Shown: piece by piece, positions 18,223 through 27,196 of the stretch | Layout: each line of letters opens with the position of its first letter | Numbering within the stretch: the first letter of the stretch is position 1 | From: Escherichia phage SR02 | Reading direction: 5' to 3' (one strand) | Length of the DNA: 64,000 nt | Sequence record: OQ870566.1 | Notes under the pieces: model-generated | Told to the model about the DNA's origin: nothing | What the model saw: the letters and a program-made list of their open reading frames with translations, nothing else | Database searches by the model: none | Made by a program: the position numbers and the translations under genes

Positions 18223-18840
18223 GTGAGCTTAGTAGCTGATTTTTCTCATTACTATAATGGTACATGGATTGCTAAACGAGCAGGTAATATCAACCTTCCA
18301 TGTTTTGTGATTGGTGTTGAGCAGAGCGGTAACTTCCGCAGCGATGACTTCTCTCACGAAGCAGAGCAGGCTCTGTATTTTGTTGTAGAGCAGTGGTACA
18401 AGAATGAGCAAGGGAATCTTCGAAACACTACGATGAATATTCCAGTGTTCGACCCAACCTTGATTCTTGAATCACCTGATGTTGGTTATCTGTTCCATAA
18501 CGGTAACACTGTAAGCTGGACTCATATTAACCCTGTTCGTCAGAGAGCAAAGGGTTTGATGGGTAATAAGATTCGAAATGCTCCGGGTGTTGGTCGTGCC
18601 ATCTCCGGGGAGATGGTTTACAGCCTGTTCAATCCTGAATTCGAGGGATTGGTTACTCGTTATATTTACATCAACCCTACTGATGGTAAGGTGCATTATA
18701 AAGGTGCACTGGTAGGACAAGTAGATCTGGAAGCACCTCGTGACTCTTACGGTCAGCAATCAATGCGACTTCTGGAACACTTTCATCACATTTCTGAAAA
18801 CCTTAGCAATTACAATATTACGTTGGTGGATTCGTTATGA
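18223..18840 (+). CDS. hypothetical protein
   Basis: GTG start with AAGAGG RBS. Confidence 0.5.
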   Translation: MSLVADFSHYYNGTWIAKRAGNINLPCFVIGVEQSGNFRSDDFSHEAEQALYFVVEQWYKNEQGNLRNTTMNIPVFDPTLILESPDVGYLFHNGNTVSWTHINPVRQRAKGLMGNKIRNAPGVGRAISGEMVYSLFNPEFEGLVTRYIYINPTDGKVHYKGALVGQVDLEAPRDSYGQQSMRLLEHFHHISENLSNYNITLVDSL

Positions 18841-19940
18841 CAACTGTAGCGCAAACTTTTGGATATCGAGAAGGTCGTTTAACTGAGGCGCATAGTTCAA
18901 TTGCACTTCAGTGCGGTGTCGGTATTGAACTTGAACTCGAAGGTTCCGATCATATCGAAGCAGATATGTGGGATTGTACAGAGGATGGTTCCCTGCGTAA
19001 TGGTTGTGAAATGGTATGTTCACGACCTTACAACGGACAGGAGTTGTTAGACGCTATCAACAACCTGAGTGAAGCAGTAGCTGAATCGCACGCCGAGGGG
19101 ACTTGGCGTTGCTCTACTCACGTTCATATGGATATGAGGGATGCTGATAGTAATATCCTCAAGAAAACCATTCTCGCTTGGACCTTCTATGAAAAGATGT
19201 TGTTCAAGTGTTCAGGCTATCATCGTTACCGTAGCAACTTCTGCCCTGCGTTTGCAGTGGTACAAGCACAGGTAATGAATGCCTCTGACGCATTTAACTA
19301 CGACGATGAAGAGTTCTTCAACCGTCTGGTTCGTTCATGGGATAAGTATACATCCCTGAACCTTCTGCCACTTGCCCAATACGGTTCGATTGAATTCCGT
19401 ATCAGTGAGCCTAAGTGGAAACGTGGTCAACTTCTCAATCTGGTTAACCGCTTCTTGATGTTGAAGAAGCTGGCTTTAGATAACGCAGAGATGAGCAATG
19501 ATCAGTTTATTGAGCATTTAAATACTGTACGATTTGCCCCAATGCTTCCTTACCTTCCTCTGGATTACAATCTGGACGAATCGGATTTGCATTCAGGGTA
19601 TTGTATGGCCCGTGATGTTTTGTATTGCCGTTCTCATGGAGTAGAGCAGTCTGGTCGTATTCGTTTACGTCGAACCAACTCCAACGGAGAAGTTCTTGTT
19701 GACTTACGTCTTATCTCAGACTTCTACGGATTCCTTGGATATGTACGAGGGAACGCTAACAACTTGTACCAAGAGATTCTGGTTATGCTTCGTACAACTG
19801 ACCTATCTACTGTACGATCTGCACCAGAGCAACGTATCCGTGCTATTTTTGACTTACTGCGTGAGTCAGGTCACAGTGATAGCAATATCACAGGGTACAT
19901 TCCAGATCATCTGGAAAATCAGTTAGAGCAAGCGCTGTAA
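18837..19940 (+). CDS. putative amidoligase (glutamine-synthetase-like COOH-NH2 ligase)
   Basis: GVGIELELEG and CSTHVHMDM motifs. Confidence 0.55.
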   Translation: MTTVAQTFGYREGRLTEAHSSIALQCGVGIELELEGSDHIEADMWDCTEDGSLRNGCEMVCSRPYNGQELLDAINNLSEAVAESHAEGTWRCSTHVHMDMRDADSNILKKTILAWTFYEKMLFKCSGYHRYRSNFCPAFAVVQAQVMNASDAFNYDDEEFFNRLVRSWDKYTSLNLLPLAQYGSIEFRISEPKWKRGQLLNLVNRFLMLKKLALDNAEMSNDQFIEHLNTVRFAPMLPYLPLDYNLDESDLHSGYCMARDVLYCRSHGVEQSGRIRLRRTNSNGEVLVDLRLISDFYGFLGYVRGNANNLYQEILVMLRTTDLSTVRSAPEQRIRAIFDLLRESGHSDSNITGYIPDHLENQLEQAL

Positions 19941-20019
19941 TCAATGGGTGCCTCTGATAAAGGGGCACAATTTAAAGGTTAATTAGATGAAAGGGTTTAC
20001 CCTTCAGGTGGATTAGAAA

Positions 20020-22050
20020 ATTTGTGGCATCGTATTAGCTGGCGGTAATCTGTCAAGCACTGATTTAGATGTATTCAACCAACTCTTTTATGCTGGAGTG
20101 TTCCGAGGACAACATTCCTCTGGTATCTTTGGTCAGCGTAAGAGCACTAAGGAAGTCTTCACCTATAAAGAAGCCCTTCCTTCTTTCGCATTCATCCTTC
20201 AAGATGAGTACAAGAAGCACACCACTGGTGAAACAGCTTACACTGTAGCACCTTCATGGATTGTTGGTCATAGCCGTCATGCAACGAAAGGTGCAGTTAA
20301 CGCCAAGAACGCCCATCCTTTCCAACATGGTAACATCACTCTGGTTCATAACGGAACCTTGATGGACCAAGATCTGTTACCTGACAGCAAAAACTTCGAG
20401 GTAGACAGTGAGAACATCTGCCACTCTATTAACACTATTGGTGCAGCAGAGACTATTCAAAAGCTGGATGGTGCTTTCACCTTAATCTGGCATGATGCTT
20501 CTGACAACCGTCTTCATATCATCCGTAACGAAGAGCGTCCATTCCATCTCGCACGTTGTAACAGAGATTGGTTTGGTGCTTCTGAAGAAGACATGTTGAT
20601 GTGGATTCTGAAGCGTTCTAAGTCTCACAAGAACCGTATTGATGAGCACTTTGAATGTAAAGTTGGTACAGAGTATATCTTTGACATGTCAAACAACAGT
20701 ATGACTCTAGTTGAAGAGGTCGCCCACGAGCTTCCGGTTTTTACGGTAATCAATCGTTGGGGCAATTACTACTCGAACAACTACAGCCAAAGCAATTATC
20801 AAAGTTCCTCAAAAAGCAGTACAAGCAATCCTTACGACACGAAGCCGGGAGTGACAGCGGCAGACGTTCGTCGAAGAAACGCAGTGGTAAGTCAAAACAA
20901 AATCGCAAGCGATCGAAACATTGATATTCGCCGCGATATGACTGTGGAAATCACACCACATGAGTTTATTCCTTATGCAACTGCTGGTGCTGTTCCTTCT
21001 CGTGGTAAGATGATCGGTTATATCTACGATGAGAAGTCTCAAGAGTATATCGAAGGTGATGTTCATAACGTAGACATTAAGGCTTATCAGGATGCCCTGA
21101 AAGACCCTAAAATTGTTTACCGTGGGACAGTATCCTGTATCTCCGAAGTTAATGCTATGGTTCGTTTAGTGATCACAGCAGGTCGTTTTGTTGACCCATC
21201 TCTGGAGAAAAAGGAGCCTGAGTCTACTACTGCTGACTTTGATGATGATATCCCTTTTGATATGAATGATAGTTTCGTCAATAAGAATGGCGTTACTATC
21301 ACTCGTAAATTCTGGGAAGCACACTCTCATGGCGATTGCGGTGGTTGTGACAAACACATTGATTGGAAGGATGCACCTAAAGCAGTCTTCGCATATCAGT
21401 GCTATTGGCACCCTGAATGTCTGGAAGGTTTGACTAAACCTAAAGATGAAGAAGAGGAGGAAACTCCTATTGGTGTTTGTGAAATCTGCGGTGAAGTTAA
21501 AACAGAGAACGAGTTCGATGATGAACTTAGTCGTCTTCGTGGTGAAGATATCTGTAAAGTCTGCGCTGTAGATGTAAAGAAGAAAGTATCTAATGCTACA
21601 ATCAAAGATGGTTATGTCTGGATTAAAGCAACAGATACAACAAACGCCCGTCGTCCTGAATTTGCTTTACGTGTAACTGAAGATATGATTGGTCGTATGA
21701 CTGTATTACCTTCCTCAGCGAAACAGACAGGCATCACTCTGGAGGATGTTGTTGACGCTTATGTTGAGAAACGTAGCAACAGTATTTTTGCAATCTCAAC
21801 TAAGCCAAAAAAGGAGGAACCTGCTGAGAAAGCAGGTGTGTTTCCTGAATCACGAACAGCTCTCCGCAAAACTGTTGTCAGCTTCGACGGAAACCGAAGC
21901 ACTGACTTCACCAAAGCCATGTGGTCAACCCTCGGCTACTGCTCAGAGTGTTTTAAGCAGATTCCGTGGCGCGATGCTGAAAGTTGTACGCTTGGTTCTA
22001 TGAATCAAGTTTATTGTAATTCTCCTAAATGTTCATTGAATAGAGGTTAA
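20020..22050 (+). CDS. class-II (Ntn) glutamine amidotransferase with C-terminal Cys-rich metal-binding region
   Basis: CGIVLAGG...RGQHSSGIFG...GHSRHATKG...NAHPF...VHNGT; catalytic Cys codon at 20023 lies upstream of the first canonical start (GTG 20098); start drawn at ATT 20020 with AGGTGG RBS. Confidence 0.65.
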   Translation: MCGIVLAGGNLSSTDLDVFNQLFYAGVFRGQHSSGIFGQRKSTKEVFTYKEALPSFAFILQDEYKKHTTGETAYTVAPSWIVGHSRHATKGAVNAKNAHPFQHGNITLVHNGTLMDQDLLPDSKNFEVDSENICHSINTIGAAETIQKLDGAFTLIWHDASDNRLHIIRNEERPFHLARCNRDWFGASEEDMLMWILKRSKSHKNRIDEHFECKVGTEYIFDMSNNSMTLVEEVAHELPVFTVINRWGNYYSNNYSQSNYQSSSKSSTSNPYDTKPGVTAADVRRRNAVVSQNKIASDRNIDIRRDMTVEITPHEFIPYATAGAVPSRGKMIGYIYDEKSQEYIEGDVHNVDIKAYQDALKDPKIVYRGTVSCISEVNAMVRLVITAGRFVDPSLEKKEPESTTADFDDDIPFDMNDSFVNKNGVTITRKFWEAHSHGDCGGCDKHIDWKDAPKAVFAYQCYWHPECLEGLTKPKDEEEEETPIGVCEICGEVKTENEFDDELSRLRGEDICKVCAVDVKKKVSNATIKDGYVWIKATDTTNARRPEFALRVTEDMIGRMTVLPSSAKQTGITLEDVVDAYVEKRSNSIFAISTKPKKEEPAEKAGVFPESRTALRKTVVSFDGNRSTDFTKAMWSTLGYCSECFKQIPWRDAESCTLGSMNQVYCNSPKCSLNRG

Positions 22051-22052
22051 GT

Positions 22053-22286
22053 ATGGAAATTCGTAAGATGATGCTGGATAACGTTGTAACTACTCGACGT
22101 ATCCCGATGACGAGCACAGGATGTGATAACCTTCGTGCAATCCAGAAGTGGATGCAAGCTGGTATTGGTCAAGTACTTGAGACACAGGTTGAGGTTCCTT
22201 TCCCAACGGTGATCAATAACGTACTTGCTGATTATGTAAAAATCAAAGGCATTAAGGTAGAACCTCATGTCAAATCTGGTTCCTAA
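22053..22286 (+). CDS. hypothetical small protein
   Basis: ATG 3 nt after the amidotransferase stop. Confidence 0.4.
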   Translation: MEIRKMMLDNVVTTRRIPMTSTGCDNLRAIQKWMQAGIGQVLETQVEVPFPTVINNVLADYVKIKGIKVEPHVKSGS

Positions 22287-22491
22287 GAAACCGAAGATCA
22301 CTCTCCTACAATATTACATAGGAGTTCATATCGAATTAGTAACGGAGCAGCGAAAGCTGTATCCGTTCGCTTTCGGTCTGATTGATGCACCATCCGATGA
22401 AGTAGAGAACGACGCGTTCAACGACTACTTCGAAATTGAAGCTCAGATTCAAAAAACTCGTAACGAAATTCTTAAACTTAAAGGTATCTAA
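22267..22491 (+). CDS. hypothetical small acidic protein
   Basis: Overlapping start. Confidence 0.4.
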   Translation: MSNLVPKKPKITLLQYYIGVHIELVTEQRKLYPFAFGLIDAPSDEVENDAFNDYFEIEAQIQKTRNEILKLKGI

Positions 22492-22493
22492 CA

Positions 22494-23690
22494 ATGACTA
22501 CTCGTATCCGTGTTCTTCCTTATGGCCCTTCTGATTCAGTTCGTGAACTTACTTCTGCAATTAACACTAAGATTCAGGAACTTCGACTAAATGCTAACGT
22601 AATGTCTCTGGTATCAGAAGGCTCTCGTTATCGTTCTCGTGTTGGTGATATTGTTGTCAACTACGGAAACCGTCGATACAACGACTCTTTCTTTGGTGGC
22701 GCAACTGTGTTGAACTCTGTGGTTGCCTTGAACCGAGCGGCTAACAAAGTTGCAGCATTTAACGCACTGCGTTTAGCTGAAGTCAAAACTGTTGAATACA
22801 CCGTCGATCGTGAAGTAGCTCAGAACTGGAACCGGAATGAAATTGTTTATGAACGTGGAACCTTAACTGGTCACTCTGGAGAAGGTATTACTGTTCGTCT
22901 TACGCGAGAAGGTGTTGCGGATGCTCCTCTATACACCAAAGGCATCCAAGGCCCACGTCGTGAATGGCGTGTTCATGTGTTCGAAGGTGTTATCACTTAC
23001 GTTCAGAAGAAGATTCGTCGTAATGGTTATCGTGAACTGGAAAGTTATCGTGAAGATATTCGTAACCATCACACTGGTTGGGTTTATTCTAACTCCTTCA
23101 CTGAAGCGCCTCCTGATCAAGTTCTTATTCAAGCTCACAAAGCTGTATCTGCTCTGGGTTTGAACTTCGGTGCTGTTGACCTGATTAGCAAAGGTACTAA
23201 CGCATGGGTTCTGGAAGTTAATACAGCTCCGGGCCTGACTGGCACAACTCTGGAAACCTACACTCACAACATCGTTGAGTTTGTTAAGAGTTTCTCTGGT
23301 GTTGATCCTGACTACCGCGTTGCTTACGAACTGCCTGTTGAAGAAGTGGAAGAAGAATTTGCTGAATCGGCAGATGACGAAAACTTTGCATTGGCAGCTG
23401 AGCCAGTTGCTGAAGAGTCTTCGGAGCCTGTTCCTGAAACAATGCAAGTTGAAGAACAAGGGTTAGAGATCAACCCGGTAACCCGTCGTAATCTGCGTCG
23501 TGGTTATTATATCGCTAACATCAAGCATCCTGAAAACGGTTCGACTGTAGCAAGTAACGTGATCTTGTTCTTCTGTGGTCGTAACTTCTACCGCTCTGGA
23601 TGGAACGCACCAATTAGTGATCGTCAGCTTGGTCGTGTGTTGCAGATTAATAGCCTTACCCTGAATGATGGCACTGTTGTAAACTACTAA
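22494..23690 (+). CDS. ATP-grasp family ligase (RimK-like) with acidic C-terminal extension
   Basis: ATP-grasp core including WVLEVNTAPGL. Confidence 0.7.
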   Translation: MTTRIRVLPYGPSDSVRELTSAINTKIQELRLNANVMSLVSEGSRYRSRVGDIVVNYGNRRYNDSFFGGATVLNSVVALNRAANKVAAFNALRLAEVKTVEYTVDREVAQNWNRNEIVYERGTLTGHSGEGITVRLTREGVADAPLYTKGIQGPRREWRVHVFEGVITYVQKKIRRNGYRELESYREDIRNHHTGWVYSNSFTEAPPDQVLIQAHKAVSALGLNFGAVDLISKGTNAWVLEVNTAPGLTGTTLETYTHNIVEFVKSFSGVDPDYRVAYELPVEEVEEEFAESADDENFALAAEPVAEESSEPVPETMQVEEQGLEINPVTRRNLRRGYYIANIKHPENGSTVASNVILFFCGRNFYRSGWNAPISDRQLGRVLQINSLTLNDGTVVNY

Positions 23691-23696
23691 GGATAT

Positions 23697-23945
23697 ATGG
23701 ATATGTTTTCATTGGAAGATCTAGTACAAAATGGAATGATGGAACAAAAAGAGCCTCTGATTGTAGGCTCTCGTAAAGAGTTGCGTAAATTGTGTGAGGA
23801 GTGGGGTATTACTAATCAGCGAATGATTGGTAATCAATTCTCTGCAATTGTAACTTTCCTAAAACGTGGTGATAAGTATTCTATGGAATGTGTAGAACGT
23901 ATCATCGCTGAAGCACAACAAGATAAAGGAGTAACATATCTGTGA
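23697..23945 (+). CDS. hypothetical small protein
   Basis: AAGGA RBS. Confidence 0.4.
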   Translation: MDMFSLEDLVQNGMMEQKEPLIVGSRKELRKLCEEWGITNQRMIGNQFSAIVTFLKRGDKYSMECVERIIAEAQQDKGVTYL

Positions 23946-24148
23946 ATAAGTATAAAGTCCTGTTTAAAGATACCAATGCAGCTGGCGAAATGCGAGCAAT
24001 GGATATTGACGCTGAATACTTCCGAAGTGAGCTTGATCAGATAGTATTCTATGAGCGCGGTAGTCGACCTGCTAATGAATCAGAAGTTATTGCTTCATTC
24101 GGTAAAGAAGCAATCTGCGGTGTAATCAAAATCTTTATTACAGAGTAA
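23942..24148 (+). CDS. hypothetical small protein (GTG start)
   Basis: ORF-track only. Confidence 0.3.
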   Translation: MNKYKVLFKDTNAAGEMRAMDIDAEYFRSELDQIVFYERGSRPANESEVIASFGKEAICGVIKIFITE

Positions 24149-24217
24149 TCTGCTCTAGTCTCTTCGAAAGAGGAGGCTAGTTCGGATAAACTAAACAAAC
24201 CAACAAAGGTATAGATA

Positions 24218-24637
24218 ATGTCAGAAGTAATTTACGTAGCAACTTATGGTTCTCTTCGTCGTGGTCAAGCTAACTATCTAGTTAATGACCGAGCTGGTGC
24301 TAAGTCAATTGGTGAAGGTTGGACTGAAGACAACTTTGATCTGTTCCGCTATGGTGGTTCCTACTTCCCAAGCATCTCTCTCGCACACAGCAATAACAAT
24401 AAGCCTGTTCGTGTAGAAGTGTTTGCTACTGACAAAGCAGGTCTGGAAGGTCCATACGATCGTCTGGAAGGTTACAATAAACGTAGCCCTGAAGATAGCT
24501 TCTATCAACGAACTCAGATTGCCGTTAAGCTGGACTCAGGTGAAACTGTTATCGCTTGGATTTATCACATTGACGAAGAACAAGATGTTCTGGTTGAATC
24601 TGGCGACTGGTCAGAGTATCTGAAAAGTGAATCTTGA
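24218..24637 (+). CDS. AIG2/gamma-glutamyl cyclotransferase-like protein
   Basis: ATYGSLRRG and LDRLEGY motifs. Confidence 0.55.
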   Translation: MSEVIYVATYGSLRRGQANYLVNDRAGAKSIGEGWTEDNFDLFRYGGSYFPSISLAHSNNNKPVRVEVFATDKAGLEGPYDRLEGYNKRSPEDSFYQRTQIAVKLDSGETVIAWIYHIDEEQDVLVESGDWSEYLKSES

Positions 24638-24830
24638 GAAAAGACAGGCTCTTCGGAGACTTGAAGCCAAATACTTAATGCTACGGTGCAAAATCAACCG
24701 ACATGAACGTTTCGTTGAAGCTGCACAATCTAAAAACTTTGAATCATCAGTGGAGATGTTCAAGACCCAACTTTCTTTTTATAGGAAAGAACAGGAACAA
24801 GTGTGGGATGAAATTCGTTCGTTCTACTAA
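24627..24830 (+). CDS. hypothetical small protein
   Basis: ORF-track only; GTG start. Confidence 0.3.
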   Translation: MNLEKRQALRRLEAKYLMLRCKINRHERFVEAAQSKNFESSVEMFKTQLSFYRKEQEQVWDEIRSFY

Positions 24831-24856
24831 GCTCAAGGATTCCAAGGAGGAAGAGC

Positions 24857-26647
24857 ATGTCAAAGATCATTTTGGGAGACACAGGTTGTAAGGAATGTAT
24901 CTCTCATGGTCGTGATAAAACCCACAACCACATGATTCTCTTCCGTAACGAAGAGACAGGTGAGGAGTGGGGAAGTTGTAACCGTTGTGGGAATTACGAA
25001 GTGTTCGAAAAGGGCACTACACCTACTCCAAACGAGAAGAAAGAGTTGTCCCCTGAAGAGTTAAGAGAAGTCTTAGATGATTGCTTAGAGCTTCCTCAGG
25101 GTGAACTCACTCGACGTTTAATCCCTAAAGCCGTATCAGAGCGTTTTGAGTGTCGCATTGGTCTAAGTCAGACTGATGGTCAGACTCCAGACAGCTACTT
25201 CTTTCCTCGTGAACGTGATGGAAACATTGTCGGTTATGAGGTTAAGCTGCTTGACAGTAAGAAGTTCTATTACGTTGGCAGTGTGAAAGAAGCAGATTTA
25301 TTTGGTATGGCACAGGCTCAGCGTGGTGATGTGTACAACAAGAAGCTCTTCATTTTTGAAGACCCGCTATCTTGTATGTCTGGTTTCCATGTCCTTACAG
25401 CTTTTACAAATGCAACAAACATTAAACCAGCATGTGTTTCTTTACCGTTCGGTGCAGGTTCAATCTCTTCTGTGTTGTCTCGTAATCGAGACTTCGTAAA
25501 TGGTTTTGAGGAGGTTGTGCTCTGCATGGACAACGATGATGCAGGTGAGATAGCTTTAACAAAAGGTCGTTCTTTATTCCCTCATGTTAAATTTGCTCGT
25601 ATCCCTAAAGGAACTTTCCCATACAACGGTGTGGAGAAAGAGATTAAGGATGCGAATGACATGCTTCTGTCTGGTCGTGGTCAAGAGTTATTCAACATTC
25701 TCAAGTACTCAGCAAAGCGGGAATCTCCTGCTGGAGCTGTAACAATCTTTGATTGCCTTGATGATGCTCTGAAGAAAGCGGAGTGGGGTATCCCATATCC
25801 GTGGAAGACTCTGAATGAGATGACCTTCGGTATTCGATGGGGAGAGGTGGTAGCAATCGGTGGTGGTGTAGGTAGTGGTAAAACATTAATTGCTCACGAA
25901 CTTGTTGCTCATCTGTGCTTAGAGCATGGTTTTAATGGAGGTGGCTTCTTCTTGGAAGAGAAGGTAGGCATGTCTGTTAAGAATATCGCTGGTAAGTCAG
26001 CATCAATCCCTTTCCACCGACCTGATGTTGAATATGACGAGGAGGATTTGCGTAATGAAGCACTTCGTTATGCAGACAAATTCTTCTTGTATGACAACTT
26101 CGGGCAGAATGAATGGGAAGACATTAAACAGTGTATCCGTTTCTGGGTAGTTGAAAACCAGTGTAAGTTCATCATCCTTGATAACATTACCGCTCTGGTA
26201 TCTCATTTAACACCTTCAGAAATTAACACCGAAATTAGTAAGATTGCTTCCGAGCTTGCTGGTATGTGTAAAGAGTTAGACTTTACCGCTTTCGTACTAT
26301 CTCACCTTAATGCTCCGGCAGGTGGTGCTCCTCACGAAGAAGGTGGACAGGTACGTGAAGTCCAGTTCACTGGCTCTCGTTCTCTTATGCGTTGGTGTCA
26401 GTGTATCATTGGCTTTGAGCGTGACAAGCAAGCTGATGGCTTAGCTAAGAACCTCTCAGTCATTCGATTACTGAAAGAACGTAATTACGGTCAGACGGGT
26501 GTCTGCTATACTAAGTATATCAGTGAAACCGGTAGACTTGTAGAAAGGGAAGACTTTGAAGTTGATGAAGATAATCCATTCGTTTTAACTAACGGAGAGG
26601 ATGCAGCTTCTCTCGTCAACCAAGCAGATGGAGCTTCACCGTGGTAA
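24857..26647 (+). CDS. DNA primase/helicase (T7 gp4-like)
   Basis: N-terminal Zn finger CKEC...CNRC, TOPRIM-like region, Walker [10 protein letters not shown]. Confidence 0.85.
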   Translation: MSKIILGDTGCKECISHGRDKTHNHMILFRNEETGEEWGSCNRCGNYEVFEKGTTPTPNEKKELSPEELREVLDDCLELPQGELTRRLIPKAVSERFECRIGLSQTDGQTPDSYFFPRERDGNIVGYEVKLLDSKKFYYVGSVKEADLFGMAQAQRGDVYNKKLFIFEDPLSCMSGFHVLTAFTNATNIKPACVSLPFGAGSISSVLSRNRDFVNGFEEVVLCMDNDDAGEIALTKGRSLFPHVKFARIPKGTFPYNGVEKEIKDANDMLLSGRGQELFNILKYSAKRESPAGAVTIFDCLDDALKKAEWGIPYPWKTLNEMTFGIRWGEVVAIGGGVGSGKTLIAHELVAHLCLEHGFNGGGFFLEEKVGMSVKNIAGKSASIPFHRPDVEYDEEDLRNEALRYADKFFLYDNFGQNEWEDIKQCIRFWVVENQCKFIILDNITALVSHLTPSEINTEISKIASELAGMCKELDFTAFVLSHLNAPAGGAPHEEGGQVREVQFTGSRSLMRWCQCIIGFERDKQADGLAKNLSVIRLLKERNYGQTGVCYTKYISETGRLVEREDFEVDEDNPFVLTNGEDAASLVNQADGASPW

Positions 26648-27195
26648 AGAAAAAGAAAGTGTTTGCATTCGATATCGAGAGTAATGCACTGTACGATGAC
26701 ATAACTAAAGTGTGGTGTATTTACATCTTCGATGTTGAAACTGGTGAAAGGTGGGGCTATCGGCCTCACCAAATTGAAGATGGGATTCGTAAACTTACAG
26801 AAGCTGATGTGCTCGTAGGTCATAATATTATTGACTTCGACCTTTGTGCTCTGAAGAAGATGTATCCCAATCTGATCGACTATCGTTTTAACGTCTTTGA
26901 CACTTTATGTCTTAGTCGATATCTTAAACCTGACCGTATTGGTGACAGTCCTGAGTATCCGAAAGGCGACCCTAGACATGGCCCAAGAGGTCATGGCTTG
27001 AAGCAATGGGGTGAGTTCTTAGAGGAACTTAAAGGTGACTACGGTGAGCAAGAGGAAGCATGGGATGCTTTCACTGAGGATATGTTTACTTATTGTGAAC
27101 AGGACGTTAACTTAACTGTTAAGGTTTATCTTTTCTTGTGTGAACTCACGGGATTTGACCCTTACGACCCACCTTCATTATATTGGAAAATGTAA
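26641..27195 (+). CDS. DNA polymerase 3'-5' exonuclease domain protein (split family A polymerase, N-terminal part)
   Basis: FDIESN, HNIIDFD, YCEQDV exo motifs aligned by eye to T7 polymerase residues 1-190. Confidence 0.8.
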   Translation: MVKKKKVFAFDIESNALYDDITKVWCIYIFDVETGERWGYRPHQIEDGIRKLTEADVLVGHNIIDFDLCALKKMYPNLIDYRFNVFDTLCLSRYLKPDRIGDSPEYPKGDPRHGPRGHGLKQWGEFLEELKGDYGEQEEAWDAFTEDMFTYCEQDVNLTVKVYLFLCELTGFDPYDPPSLYWKM

Positions 27196-27196
27196 A

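Noticed and set aside
20098-22050. GTG 20098 as start of the glutamine amidotransferase (ORF-track start)
   Set aside because: Would omit the catalytic N-terminal Cys and the CGIVLAGG/RGQHSSG motifs encoded in frame upstream
22912-23459. ORFs 22912-23163 (+) and 22929-23459 (-) overlapping the ATP-grasp gene
   Set aside because: Overlap a motif-supported gene; no RBS; repetitive hydrophobic translations
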